Made by a program: the position numbers and the translations under genes
The notes under the pieces: generated by a model
Databases searched by the model: none
What the model was told of the DNA's origin: nothing
Seen by the model: only the letters and a program-made list of their open reading frames with translations
Assembly: GCF_000315625.1 (NCBI RefSeq)
Contig: NW_005434656.1
Location: 231,741 to 295,740, forward strand
Source of the DNA: Guillardia theta CCMP2712
Lineage: Eukaryota > Protista > Cryptophyta
DNA: 64,000 nucleotides
Direction: 5' to 3'
In this document: one piece after another, positions 49,769 to 61,800 of the stretch
Numbering within the stretch: the first letter of the stretch is position 1
Layout: each line of letters opens with the position of its first letter

Positions 49769-52700
49769 ATGAGATTCGACCGCTCCTGGCAAGTCAACGA
49801 CCCTCCCGACAAGGAGAACGCGTGCAATAACAGGCCCGATCCCCTCCACACAGGAAGAAGCAAGGAAAGAGATGAAAACTTGCGCGTCCTGCTCCGAGTC
49901 AGGCCGATCGAAGCTGGTCGGACGTCCTGCATCCAGGTCGGCCCACCGGTGAACTGGAGGCAAGGGACAAAAACTAGCCGGCAGCTGAGAATCACGGAGG
50001 AGAAGCGAGCACACGAGTTCATGTTCGATACAGTCTGTGGTCCTGAGTCCAGCAACCTTGACATCTGGAACATCTCTGCCAGGCGGGTCGTCGACTCGTT
50101 CCTCAGCGGCATCAACTCGGCCTTGTTCTCCTTCGGCCAAACGGGCTCGGGGAAGACCTGGACGATGCAGGGGGACTGGCAAGGGAGTCTCTCAGAGGAG
50201 GGGAGGTCGAAGCTGGAGGTCGAAGGCATCAGCGCCATGGCTCTGAGTCACGTGCTGCAGACGTTGCACAGCAGGTTCGGTCACAGTGAGGAGAAGTGGG
50301 TATGTGAGTGCAGCATCCTTGAGGTCTACAACGACTCGGTCTGTGACCTGCTATCACGTTCGACGTCCGACCTCTGCCTGAGGGACGATCCCAGCAAGGG
50401 AGTCTGGGCGGAGGGGGCGACGACGCTGCGTCTGAGGCGCAGGGAGGATGTGATGAAGGTGGTCAAGACAGCAAGGAGCAGGCTCAGGTTCTCCTCTACC
50501 GCCATGAACCTCCGGAGCTCGCGCTCCCACCTGGTGATCACGGTGTTCCTGTACCTCGAAGACGAGGAGAGGAGCGCGGAGAAGAAGGAGGAGCGAATCT
50601 TCAGACAGTCAAGGTTGACGCTGGTGGACCTGGCGGGGAATGAGAAGGTAGTCCCTTGCTATGAGCTCTCCCTCTGTAAAGCCTTGCCAGGTGAGCAAGT
50701 CGGAGGCATCAGGAAAGACCTTCCGAGAGGCCACGTACGTGAACAGGTGAGAGAGACTAAAATGGTAGAGAAATTATGGAGTAGTGTTGACGGGGTGAGA
50801 GTGGAATATGATAGGTGAACGAGGAGGAGGAGGAGGAGAATTTCTTCTTGTAGCGTATCATACCTTCTGACCACACTCACACAGATCTCTCCTTGCCTTG
50901 GGCGCTGTCCTGTCGGCCCTCGCAAAGAGGACAGAGCATGTTCCCTACCGATCCTCGAAGCTGACGTTCCTCCTGAAAGACGCTATTGGAGTTGATTCAA
51001 GGATATGCGTCATCGGTCATGTCAACCCTGACGTCCAGATGTGCAGGGAAAGCATCAACACCCTCAACTTCATGACCTTTGCCCAGTCGATCCAGACGAA
51101 CCCCAGGGGAGCCAGCGTCAAGTTCGTGTCGAGCTTTCAGTTCCTCAGGGAGACGAGGAACGGCCGGGGTGACCCGGGCTCGGGTCACCCGTCACTCCGA
51201 GGGAGGCCGATGGAGGACAGGGGAGCTGAAGGATCTAGACCAGCTGCTGGCATGATTGCACAGGCAGCGGGGTCAGCATCCAAGTTCTTCCAGCTGTGGA
51301 GAGACGTGGTTTCATGGAAAGTGAAGGTATCTTACCTCATCTGCTTCCTCCTGCTGACGCTCCTGCCCTGCCGCAGGGACGTCTGTGGGTCTCGCGCCTG
51401 GCCTGCCATGCTCGGAACCGGCAGATGCGGAGGCTGCTGCTGCTCCACCTGGACACATGGAAGGATCTGATCAATGAGCGGTCCTTGCAGAGAGCTGCTG
51501 CCGACCTCTTCCGCCACAGCCGCGTCCTGCGGTCCGTAGAAGACGTCAAGAGGAGCGTCGATGACCAGGCAGCAAGGCACAGCAGCGCTAGCATGCAAGG
51601 CTTCGCCATGTCCAGCAGGATCGTCGACAGCTCCTGGCCTACCTACGACCAGTGGAAGTTCACGACGCTCCAAGAGCCCACAACTATCGAGTGTTCCCTG
51701 TCTCCCGAAAAGCTCACTGTTAAGACTCCTGTCAAGACTCCTGTCCCCTGCGAGGCTTCCGGCGAGTTTAACGTCCATAGAGCCATCGTGCAGTCCAGGT
51801 GGGCGAAGCTTTCTCAGCTCTACCTGCTCATCCGGATGGACGACATCTCCGAACCTTCTCGAGCATCGCCCGAGACACGCCCTACAGGGCTGCAAGCACT
51901 GGCGGAGGAAGACGAAGGCTATCACGCGATCAAACGCGACGCTTCTCCCTTCTCCGACCTCTGCGAGCAGAGCGACCTCTCTTCCGATGACGGCCAGGGA
52001 GCTGGCAACCAGCTGGGTGCGGCGGCGACGCCTCCATGGACAGAGGCAGCAACAGGCCTCGTTGAGGAGCCATGCAACGCTCGTCAAGATCAAGATGCGA
52101 GAAGAAGGAACTCTGCGTCCGACGACGAGTGGGAGCGGGGATGGCCAGGGGCAGGAAGGGCGTCACAAGTGGAGGTCGACAGGGTGGGAGGGGCAGGAGG
52201 AAGGTATCGGGACATGGCAGAGTCGGTGGAAGGCTCCATCATCCAGAAGGACCTGTCGTCGGAAGGGAATGAGCTGCAGGTGACCTTCGAGCCGTGGACT
52301 CCCCGCAAACAAGACGCCCTCCCCACCTGCCCCCCCAACAGGCCTGAGCTAGCCCGGCCGTCCTCGCGGCCCTTCTCCGCCAGCGAAGTTCGGAGCAGCT
52401 GGAAGGTTGAGCTGAATGACGGCAGAGGACAAGGGAGTCAGGGCGCAGTTGCCAGCAGATCGTCGGGCGACCGCAAGGCTGACAAGGGCAAGGTGAGTGC
52501 TGGGAAATGAATGGCACCGAGCTGACTGCCGCCTCTCAACCAGCTGGACGTGTCAAGGAGGTCAACGACTGCCAAGTCAGGTCTGCAATTTTCAGCTGGA
52601 GATTCTCCTGCTCGTCGCTGACGTTTTGCCGCAGGCCCGTCGTACAACAAGAGCAAAGAGAGGGCAAAGCTGTTGGACTTGGCAGCTCAAATCGCCATGG

Positions 52701-52770
52701 GCAGAAACCCGAAATGAAGCTGCTGGAAGACCTTGGCTCGTCGTTCAGCTGGCCATGGCTCATAGTATAA
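49769..52770 (+). CDS. Kinesin (N-terminal motor domain, disordered tail), multi-exon
   Basis: RVLLRVRP, FMFDTVC, P-loop GQTGSGKT, LEVYND, MNLRSSRSH, LVDLAGNE, HVPYRSSKLTFLLKDAIG. Confidence 0.93.
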
Positions 52771-52789
52771 TCCCTGCACATAATCGAGA

Positions 52790-53600
52790 ACGAGGCAGAC
52801 TAAAAGCTCGATTGTGAATCGTGACGACCTCCCTCCGACTGGGTTCGTTCCCCTGACAAACAAGTCAACACCTTTCCTTGTAGCTTCACTGAACATCAAC
52901 CTGCTTTCGCAAGAGAACTTCTGCCCCAAAGAATACCATGATGGCGCAAAGGCCAAACCAATCCTGCCAGACGGGATCATTGAAAGCGCTGTGCTCTAAA
53001 GAACCCACCATGATCGACATGCTTGGAGGTGCCTGCAACTTGTAATTGAGTTTGGGGATCCAAAGCAGGAGATCATCTGAGCAAGACATCAACTGCGAGT
53101 CAAATGAAAAGCATGACCAATCTCTCACATTCGCTAGCTAGGTACCCAAAGAGCTTTCCCAAGTCGTCCTGTACGATCACTGAAGGGTCGGAGGTTGCAG
53201 ACTTCGTAAGGGATTCATCCACAGCAAGCTTGTCCTCGGTCAGAGCTTCCTCGGAGTCTGAGTCTTCCAGGGCAACATGGTTGTCTAGGCTCTGGTCCAT
53301 CTTCTCTGCCTCTTGGGAAGAGCAGCATCTCCTTCCCCTCACCCTCACCTTCCTGCCGGCGATAGCCAGCGCTGCTTGTGCTGTCCTCAAGGTCGCGAAC
53401 GACTTGTTCTTCCGTCGCTCTTGCTTCTCGCCCTGCAGGCCAGTGTACAGCATCTCGGAGAAGACGAGCAACGAGATGTGGACAATGACGTCTTGAGCCG
53501 TTACCAACCCCATCGACAAGTGACCTACCCTGGTCTCTGTTCGCATCCTAACAGTTACTTCCTCTCCTGCAAGGTCAAAGTTCCTGTCAGACGATGCCAG
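52790..53600 (-). CDS. Hypothetical protein (spliced; ends uncertain)
   Basis: Several coding-like segments (e.g. EAEKMDQSLDNHVALEDSDSEE..; LLLWIPKLNYKLQ; GRIGLAFAPSWYSLG) separated by short intron-like spacers. No family recognised. Confidence 0.4.
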
Positions 53601-54171
53601 CAGGAGTATGGTGAGTGTGTGGAGGATACGTTCGTACTTCTACCACATGTGGTTTAAACTTCAATGCTTCTATACATCGCACACTTGGGCAACCCACTTC
53701 TCCGTTTGCCGTCCTGCAACAACGATTGTACATATCTCTATTCCTTCATACTGCACGGCGGAAACAACTCTTCGCCTGTATCTGTGAGCTGAGATGTAGT
53801 GGTTCTCATACATATGTCAACAACGATTGTAATCTGTTCTTCCTATCGGCCGACTCGCCATTGCGCCCTTTCACCATCTCCACCCTAGCAATCAGACAAG
53901 CGACTTGCTCCATTTGGCCATATCACTCTCCCTCCTCCTCTGGTTTCATGAATGGCACCGGGTCCTTCATTCATCCTCCTCATACTGCCATCGCTCTCCT
54001 CCTCTCCTCCTCCTCTCCTCCTCTCCTCTTGCCCGTCGCTGTAAAGGCTCCCTGCATTCTTCCGTCTCATTATTCCACACCTACCCCCACTACCACCGGT
54101 ACAACTACCCTATCTTCGGAAAGAGTGCCAAGCCGCGCCCGCCTCAAGAATTCGGTGGCCCCCGGATTGCG

Positions 54172-55416
54172 ATGCCGGAGGTTTTTGCGACAGGAGGGGG
54201 AGGAGAGGAGGGAGCGCGAGGGAGAGAGGAAGAGAGAAGGCAGCGGGTGCATGCTGAAAGGATCAGAGTCTCATCATACTCCTGCCTCGTTGTCGCCCTC
54301 GCTCTCTCCAGCCAGGAGGTGTCCTGCTTCCACCACCTGCCCTCGGGTTGGGCCATCGGTGGGGCCGGAGCATGCGGAGGGTCGCGGTCGAAGATGCCGC
54401 TGGCGGGTCGAGCTCTTTGTCTCAAGATGAAGACAGACTCGAGCAGTAGCAGCAAGCGATGGTTGAATGAGCACGTCAACGACAAGTGGGTGAAGCAGGC
54501 ACAGCAGGACGGTTGGCGCTCCAGGGCAGCATACAAGATCCTGCAGATCCAGGAGAAGGACAGCATCTTCAAGCCGGGACAACTTGTCCTTGACCTTGGT
54601 GACGGATACAAGTTGTCGCTCGGGTGTCTCTCACGGTGCTGGTCCCCCAGGCTCTGCTCCCGGCAGCTGGTCGCAGGTCGCGTCGAAGAGGGTGAGGGAA
54701 TCAGCCCAATCGCGCGTCCTTGACGGCATGCGAGCAGGTGTTGCCGACGGGTCGTGTGATCGCTACGGACATCCTCGAGATGCGCCCGCTCCCAGGTGTG
54801 GAGTTTGTGCAGGGAGACTTCACGGAGGACACGACGCGCGGGCAGCTGAGCGTCATGCTCGCTGGGGCTCGAGCGGACGTGGTCCTTTCGGACATGGCGC
54901 CGAATCTAAGTGGCAATGCGCTGCTGGATCAGGGTATGGTGGGAGAGAGAGGATAGAGACACGATGATGACGACAAGGTTGAAGGTCGAGCATACAACCT
55001 TGTTTCCCTTGCTTTCTTCATGATGGAAGAATGGCTGAAACGAGGTACCTTTGAACTGCTACCTGCAGCTGGGGACTGAGGGGGCCTGCTAGGGGGAAAG
55101 GCTGTAGTGAAAGTCTTCCGAGGAGAAGGATATGACGAATGTTTGAACGAGATGCGAGCTCGCTTCAACGAGGTATCAGCAGCCTCCTCCCTTCGCTCAG
55201 ACTGACCCTGACAAGGTGAAAGTTCGCAAACCTGAAGCATCCCGAGGGCGCTCGACGGAGATATTCCTCGTTGGGATAGGGTTCAAAGGGGCTGGAGAGA
55301 TTCAGGCGGGACTGGAGGAGGAGAAGGAGAAGGAGATGGAGGAAGGGAACGTTCTTGCTGCTGACGACAAGCCAAAGGTGATGGTCGATGTTGAGTGTCT
55401 TGTCCTTCCCTATTGA
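54172..55416 (+). CDS. rlmE: rRNA large-subunit 2'-O-methyltransferase, RlmE/FtsJ/MRM2 family (multi-exon; start uncertain)
   Basis: [33 protein letters not shown]|[47 protein letters not shown] (K-D-K-E tetrad context). Confidence 0.92.
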
Positions 55417-55745
55417 TTGTAGTGATCGATTGCCTTGCTGCGATACCTGCAGCTGAAGTTGAAGCCAGGGCAAGAAGAAGAAGAAGTTGGACGATCTCAT
55501 GGATGGGATTTACGGTGACATGTGAAGATACTAAGTCGTTCCGAGCTCGGAACAACGACAAGTTCCCATGGGGGTGGCGAGTGTAAATGAAAGGCTGGGA
55601 AAAATTTTCATGTCTTCAAAGGGAAGAAGGGAGTCGGAGCACGGTTTGAGGGCATTCAAAGGGCAAAGGCAAGAATGTATGACAGCGCCAGCAGGAAAGA
55701 ATAAGATGTAACTACATAACAAGAGGTGATAGTATCGTACACTAG

Positions 55746-58276
55746 TCAAACAATGGGAAGTAACCCGTCCACCCGAGACCTGCGGCCAGATGTCAACCAG
55801 CATAAGATTGAAGTCCCAAGTCTTTTCGTCGACATCCTCACCTGCAGAGAGGACAATTCTGTGACATCTCGAGAATCTGCTTCCCGCACCTGAGGGAAGA
55901 ATGAGGACAGGAGGATGGGCGCTGAGCACAAACGGACTTCTTGCAGAGACAAGCGTGTCCACAAGGGAAGAGACGGATCTGGACTGGAGCATCCATACAG
56001 ATGCAGCACTCGGAATCAGCGATGGAGACAGACCCTGCGAGGGCATCAGAAGCTCCTTTCCCTCCCTCTCCCACCTCAGGCTCACCTGGGAGTAGACCGG
56101 AGAGAGGAGGGCAGGCGTCGGCATCCTTGGAGGACCTGACGACGAGCCGTCACAGACTGTCGTGACCTCCACGCTGATCGCTTACGAGTAGAGCTCGTTG
56201 AGTGAACTCAACCTCCTCATCCTCCTCGCATGCCTCCGCGCCTCCGAAGGCGACATCATCCCGCTTGCAGGCAGTCAGCAGGGAGAGAAGAGGCAGGGAG
56301 ACTTCACCTCGAGCTCGATCGCTGTATCACTGGCGCCGACATGCGAGCCCGTCCGCCCATGGTCATTGGACGGCCGGAGAGCAGCGAGGGGACGGAGTCT
56401 CCTGGGGCCCACGTGCGCGATGCCTCATCCTCATGCTGCTCTCCCTGGTGCCGAGCTTGCAGGCTGCGTCCTGATGATCTCCAGCCCCTTGATAAGGAGG
56501 CAGGAGGCTCCTGCGCCAAACAGCAAGGATGAGATCATGCTGATGGACGTGCGTCCGTGATGAACCTGAGGAAGAGGAGGCGGGACGTGGGGCAGCTCGA
56601 CCTGTTGCAAGCTCGACATGTGTAGGATGCTCTGCAGTGTGACCCAGTCCAGGTTCTCTATGTCAAACGGATCCTTGGGCCAAGAAGTTCAGCACTGAGC
56701 ACGAGAAAGGGAAAAGTTCATGATGAACCTGTTGGTTCCGGCTGCGGTGGTCAGTCTGCGAGGCGAAGGCCATGACGTCATCCTCGCTCATTCTCTCATG
56801 CTCCCTCAAGAAGGTGCTGGGGCTAACTCCGCTCTCGGTCGCTCCGTGAGATCTGAAGATTTCAAGAATCCTGCTGGTCCTCCCAGCATCGAGTCGTTCT
56901 GTCGAGCGCACGTAACCTCGCGCGTAGAGGTAGCCGAACAGAACTGAGACCATGACGACAATCATGATTAGGGATGTCAGCCATATCCAAAGCGAGGAGC
57001 TGGAAAACCTGTGTCAAACTCGTCTACTCATCAAAGGCTTACCCGCCAGTCGTGTTCTGGGGCTCCGACGGTGCTGCGGTACCGGGGCTGCCGGCAGGAT
57101 GGCTGAGCGGAGTGGTTCCTGGCTCTGTTCCCGCATTCGTTGTGTTGTACTCGCCAACACCTCCTGCTGGGTTGGGCGTGGTCAGAGGCATTGCAGGAGC
57201 TGGAACAATGCTCGCAGGAGGTGGTGGAGGAGCTGTTGTCCGCACCGTCTGCTGGCCCTGTCTATGTGATCAGCCAAACAACCCCTCGATGTCAACTCTA
57301 CCTCAACAGCGCAGTACTGCCTGTCAATGAGGTCACCACAAGAAGGCTGTCAGGCGCGTTCGTCAGTGAAGAGATCAAGCTCGGAAGGAGAAACTCATAC
57401 GTCCTGCAGAGAAGAGAAGCATGTCGAAGGTACGCCCAAGGCTGGGTTCAGAGTCTGCTCGCTACTGCACGTCCAGCTGCTCGTACTGTTTGCTCGACAG
57501 CCGCAGACAGGAGCTCGACCGGCCTCCTCGCATTCACCTAGCACGGAGCCATCGGTCGTAGACCGCAGGGTGGGACATGTCGAACAACAGACGCCGACGT
57601 CCTGGGGAAAAGACTTGCAGACCCACCATGTGTCCGAACTCACAGAGTTGCGGAAAAGTCTGCACGAGTTGGGACTCTGCGAACAGGTCCCTTCACATCT
57701 CGATATCTCCAGCGTCTTCACCTGGATGGACATCTGGACTCCGAGCGCCTGCAGTGCCTCTCTCGACAGCAGCGCGGTGTTGCCGGCGTTGTCTTGAAGA
57801 AGCACACTGTCAAGGGACCAAGTCCCCGGCTCCGAGTACCCGTCGAAGTTAGCGGGGAACTGAACTGTGTCTCCAAACGATGATCTGCCCACGATCAGCC
57901 AGCCGGGGAACGAGAGAGAGGCTATCTTGAAGTAATTCAGGTCCACCATGTCGTTGGAGTAAAAGTTCGATTGCGCCCCGTCTCTGATCGCCATGGGACT
58001 CGCGATCCTGACGCCGACGTACTTGACCCCCGAAGCTTCTTGACCGCTCCAGCTGTTGTCCGTCACCAGCGCCGAGAGCATCGGCTGAGCAGCGCATGAA
58101 AGATCCTCACACCTTGAGCCTGACCCACAGGACGACCTAGTGCAGGCCCCTCGGCATGTCGCAGACTTGTCCATCCAAGAGATGTTCAGCAGGCGCGGCG
58201 CAAAGGAATCAGCTCCTGCCAGGTTCGTCCTCACTCCCAACAGAGCCATGACGAGAATGGCAAGTTTGTAGCGCAT
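55746..58276 (-). CDS. Type I membrane protein: signal peptide, Cys-rich ectodomain, P/T-rich stalk, TM, C-terminal C3HC4 RING finger
   Basis: MRYKLAILVMALLGV signal; stalk TTAPPPPP..; TM MIVVMVSVLFGYLYARG (~56915-56965); RING CCICMDAPVQIRLFPCGHACLC..CPLCR (~55840-56020). Joining these into one gene is inferred. Confidence 0.72.
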
Positions 58277-58856
58277 GACGGTGGTTCCAAGGGCGGGTTA
58301 ACAACCCCCAACATCGGCATGCCAGGAAGGACTAGTATGCTCTCCTGCATCGTCTCTCAGAGCTAGGAGCATAGTCGCTGTTCCCACCCTGTGCTGTCGC
58401 ATCCTCATCTTGATCATTCCTCCTCCTCCTCCTCCTCCTCCTCCTCCTCCTCCTCCTCCTCCTCCTCCTCCTCTCGTCTTCCTCCTCACGTTCCTCATTG
58501 TTGCTGTAGGCAGCTCAGTGAAAGAGACCGTTTCAAACCCTACCCCTCTTCATGAGTACCCATGTTTTTCATATGTAAAGTACCCCTTCATCATATCCCC
58601 CTACTACCACCCTACCTACTTCCAACTTCCCCTTTCCCCCCATCAAATATTTGACCTCTCCATGCCGATTGGCGCCGAAAGGCACGAGGGGTTCATGGCG
58701 GGGGTAGCCCAAGGGCATGGGAGGGGAAGAAGTAGTGAGGGGGTTGAAGAAGCCAGAGACAAGCTCCTCCTCTACAAGATCCGCTGACAACGGGGAAGCT
58801 TGCCTTGGCTGCCTTGAGGCTGCTGCTAAAGCACAGAACAGAGGACTTTCGTCATC

Positions 58857-61800
58857 ATGGGGAAGAGGAGAAGATCTGCTTTCATTCTGCTCCTCCTGAT
58901 CATCGCAGATGTTCATTGCATTGACATACACCAGTTGCCGCAACAAACTTTGCAAGCTTCATGCGGAGCGGGGTCCGTCAGGCACCCCGACGGTTCTTGC
59001 CTCTGCGACCTAGGCTTCTCCTCAGATCCCTTATCCAACGGTTGCACGCCTTGCCCTCAGGGCACGTACAAGTCCAGCAGGTAAGCAGTTGACCTTCTTC
59101 CAAGACTTATCTGACTCTGATTTGGTAGGGGAGGCAACCCGTGCAAGCAATGCCCCCTTCACACCGTCTCTCTGCTGGGCAGCTCTTCGGTGTTGAACTG
59201 CACATGCATCATGGGACATGAACCTGACCAGACCGCGTCCTTCAAGTGTCATCCCTGCAAGCCTGGGTCATACAAGGACAGCGCTGGCTCTTGGCCATGC
59301 TCCCTTTGCAGTGAAGGAAAGTACAGCCCGGTGATAGGTTCGATAAGCGAGAGCGACTGTAAGCTTTGTCCAGCAAGGACCATCAGCAACAAGGGAAGTA
59401 GCAGCGAGGCTGATTGCGCATGCTCTCAAGGATTCGTTGACTCTGGGACTGGATGCAAGGCCTGTGAGCCTGGAAAGTATTTTCACCTTGTAGGAGTTAT
59501 ACCTCGATGCGTTTCATGCCCTGAAGGCAAGTACAGCAACGTCCAAGGCGCGGCCAACCAAAGTGCTTGTATCGAGTGCCCAAGGTTCTCCACCTCGGAT
59601 CCCGGCAGTACCTCTGTACATTCATGCCGATGCATGCGGGGCTTCGAACGGGCTAACTCTGTTCAACGATTCTTGACTCAGTTTTCCCACAAGTATCTTT
59701 CGAAGTCTCCTCTGGACAAAGCAGTCGATATTCCAAAGGAATCTCCACAGAGTGACCTCTGCACTGCCTGCTCTCCCGGTCATTTCATGCCGGAACATAG
59801 CTCCAAATGTCACAAATGCAAAGCTGGGATGTACTCCAATCAGTCATCGTCAACATTCTGCCATTCATGCCCGCCCAACTCCTGGTCGAAGGCTGGATCG
59901 AAGTCTATCGATGAGTGCACTTGTTACAATGGATATGTCAAGTCAGACTTGTCCCTCTGTGTTCTTCCTGTTGTCGGTGAAGCCGAAGCTTTGAGAAAGA
60001 AGGCAGCTTCCTCTGAAAAGGAACTTTCAGTTCCATCGCAGATCCCGCAGGAGTTGTTTAGTCATGTCAAGGAAGCGACTTTAAGTAAGGTTGCAGTCGC
60101 GCAACCGAAAATGACACGTCGTCTTCTTTCGACTTGCTCCTGTCTGACTCCATGCAGCACTTTCACGACTCCGAGTGGACAGATTTTGACAAGCGATGGG
60201 GACTATCCTGTGAACGACACATGCTGGTGGATTATCGATCCTCCAATTTCGAGTGAAAACGCAACACTGATCATTACGATCGTGCGGTTTGAGACTCAGC
60301 TGAATGCTGATCTCCTCAACATCATGCAGTGCTCAGATCAGAGTTGTAGCCAAGTCACTCCAGTGCAATCGCTCTCTGGCAGCTTGTCAACTCAGGTTCC
60401 TTTGAATCTCGAACTCCTCCTAAGTCGCGGCGTGGTCAAATTGGAGTTCCAATCTAACGATGATAGCGTTACCTTCAGTGGTTTCGACTTGCAATGGAGG
60501 GTTATCTGTAATTGCCAGCAATCCTGCACTGTTCTTGATACCCTGTCGGGCCACGTGGACGTTCAGTGGATAAGTGGATACAGATACTGCAACTGGACGA
60601 TCGCGCCTCCTCTCGACGTGATAGCATCCGGGGGTGAAGGAGCTACACTTCATCTTAATCTAGAAGGTCTCTACCTTCTCGATGGCCTCGGGCGGATCTC
60701 GATATACGAATGCGACGATTGTCTTGCTCAAGTTCCTCGGCTCAGTACGTGATAGACGGCAACCTGACTAACGACAAGCGAAGCTTTGTCTTCAACTCTT
60801 ACATCATCTCCATCAATCTCTGGTCTGAAAGCGTGCAGGGAACCTCTGGTTTGAATTTCTCTTGGCAAATTTTGTATCCATGTCAGAGGGGCTACGAGAC
60901 AGTTGGAACTACTTGTGCTATCTGCCCGCCAGGAAAGTTTTCAGACAGTTTGAATGCTTCTCAGTGTCTTCTCTGTCCACCCGGAAACTACAGCTCTCAA
61001 CCAGGAAGCACCAAGTGCGATCCTTGTCCAGGCAATACGTACAGCTCGGCAGGCCAAACCTCTATATCAGCGTGCAGTTGCAATACCGGCTTTTCTGGCT
61101 TTGACCTCCAAACGTGCTTGCAGTGTGGGGTAGGCAAGTACAAGGCGTTTGTTGGGTTCGGAAATTGTTCCTCATGTCCTCCCGGCACCTTCAGCGATGC
61201 TCTCGCTGCAACCAATGTGTCGTCGTGTCAGGCATGTCCTGAACACAGTGTCTCTCTGCAAGGAGCTTCTTCAATCAGCGATTGTCTGTGTGATTTGGGG
61301 TACGAATTTCATTTGAACTCATCCGATCCTTTCAACGGCACTTGTGTTCCCTGCGTCGAAGGTTACTACAAGGACAATGTGGGATCGCATCAGTGCAGTC
61401 CATGCCAGCCAGGTAACTTCGCCAACTCCAGTGCATCGTCAACCTGCCTTCTATGCCCAGACAACTCTTGGAGCCTAGGGGGATCGGCTTCAATCTTGGA
61501 TTGTGCGTGCAACGCAGGTTTTGAAAGGGTGGGGAGCGAGGAGTGTCGTTTATGCATGTTTGGATATTACAAGGACAACCGGAGTCACGAAGCCTGTAGC
61601 CCCTGTGCTCCCAATTCGACCTCAATTCCTTCCAGGACGACCTGCTGGTGTAATGCTGGGTTCTTCGGGGCCCAGGAATGTTCAGCATGCCCTGTGGGGA
61701 AGTATAAGAATGTGACAGGGCTAGAAAATTGCTCGCTATGCCCTCTAGGCACTTACGCTGATGCCCAAGGTCAACACATCTGTAATGCCTGTCCGCCGCA

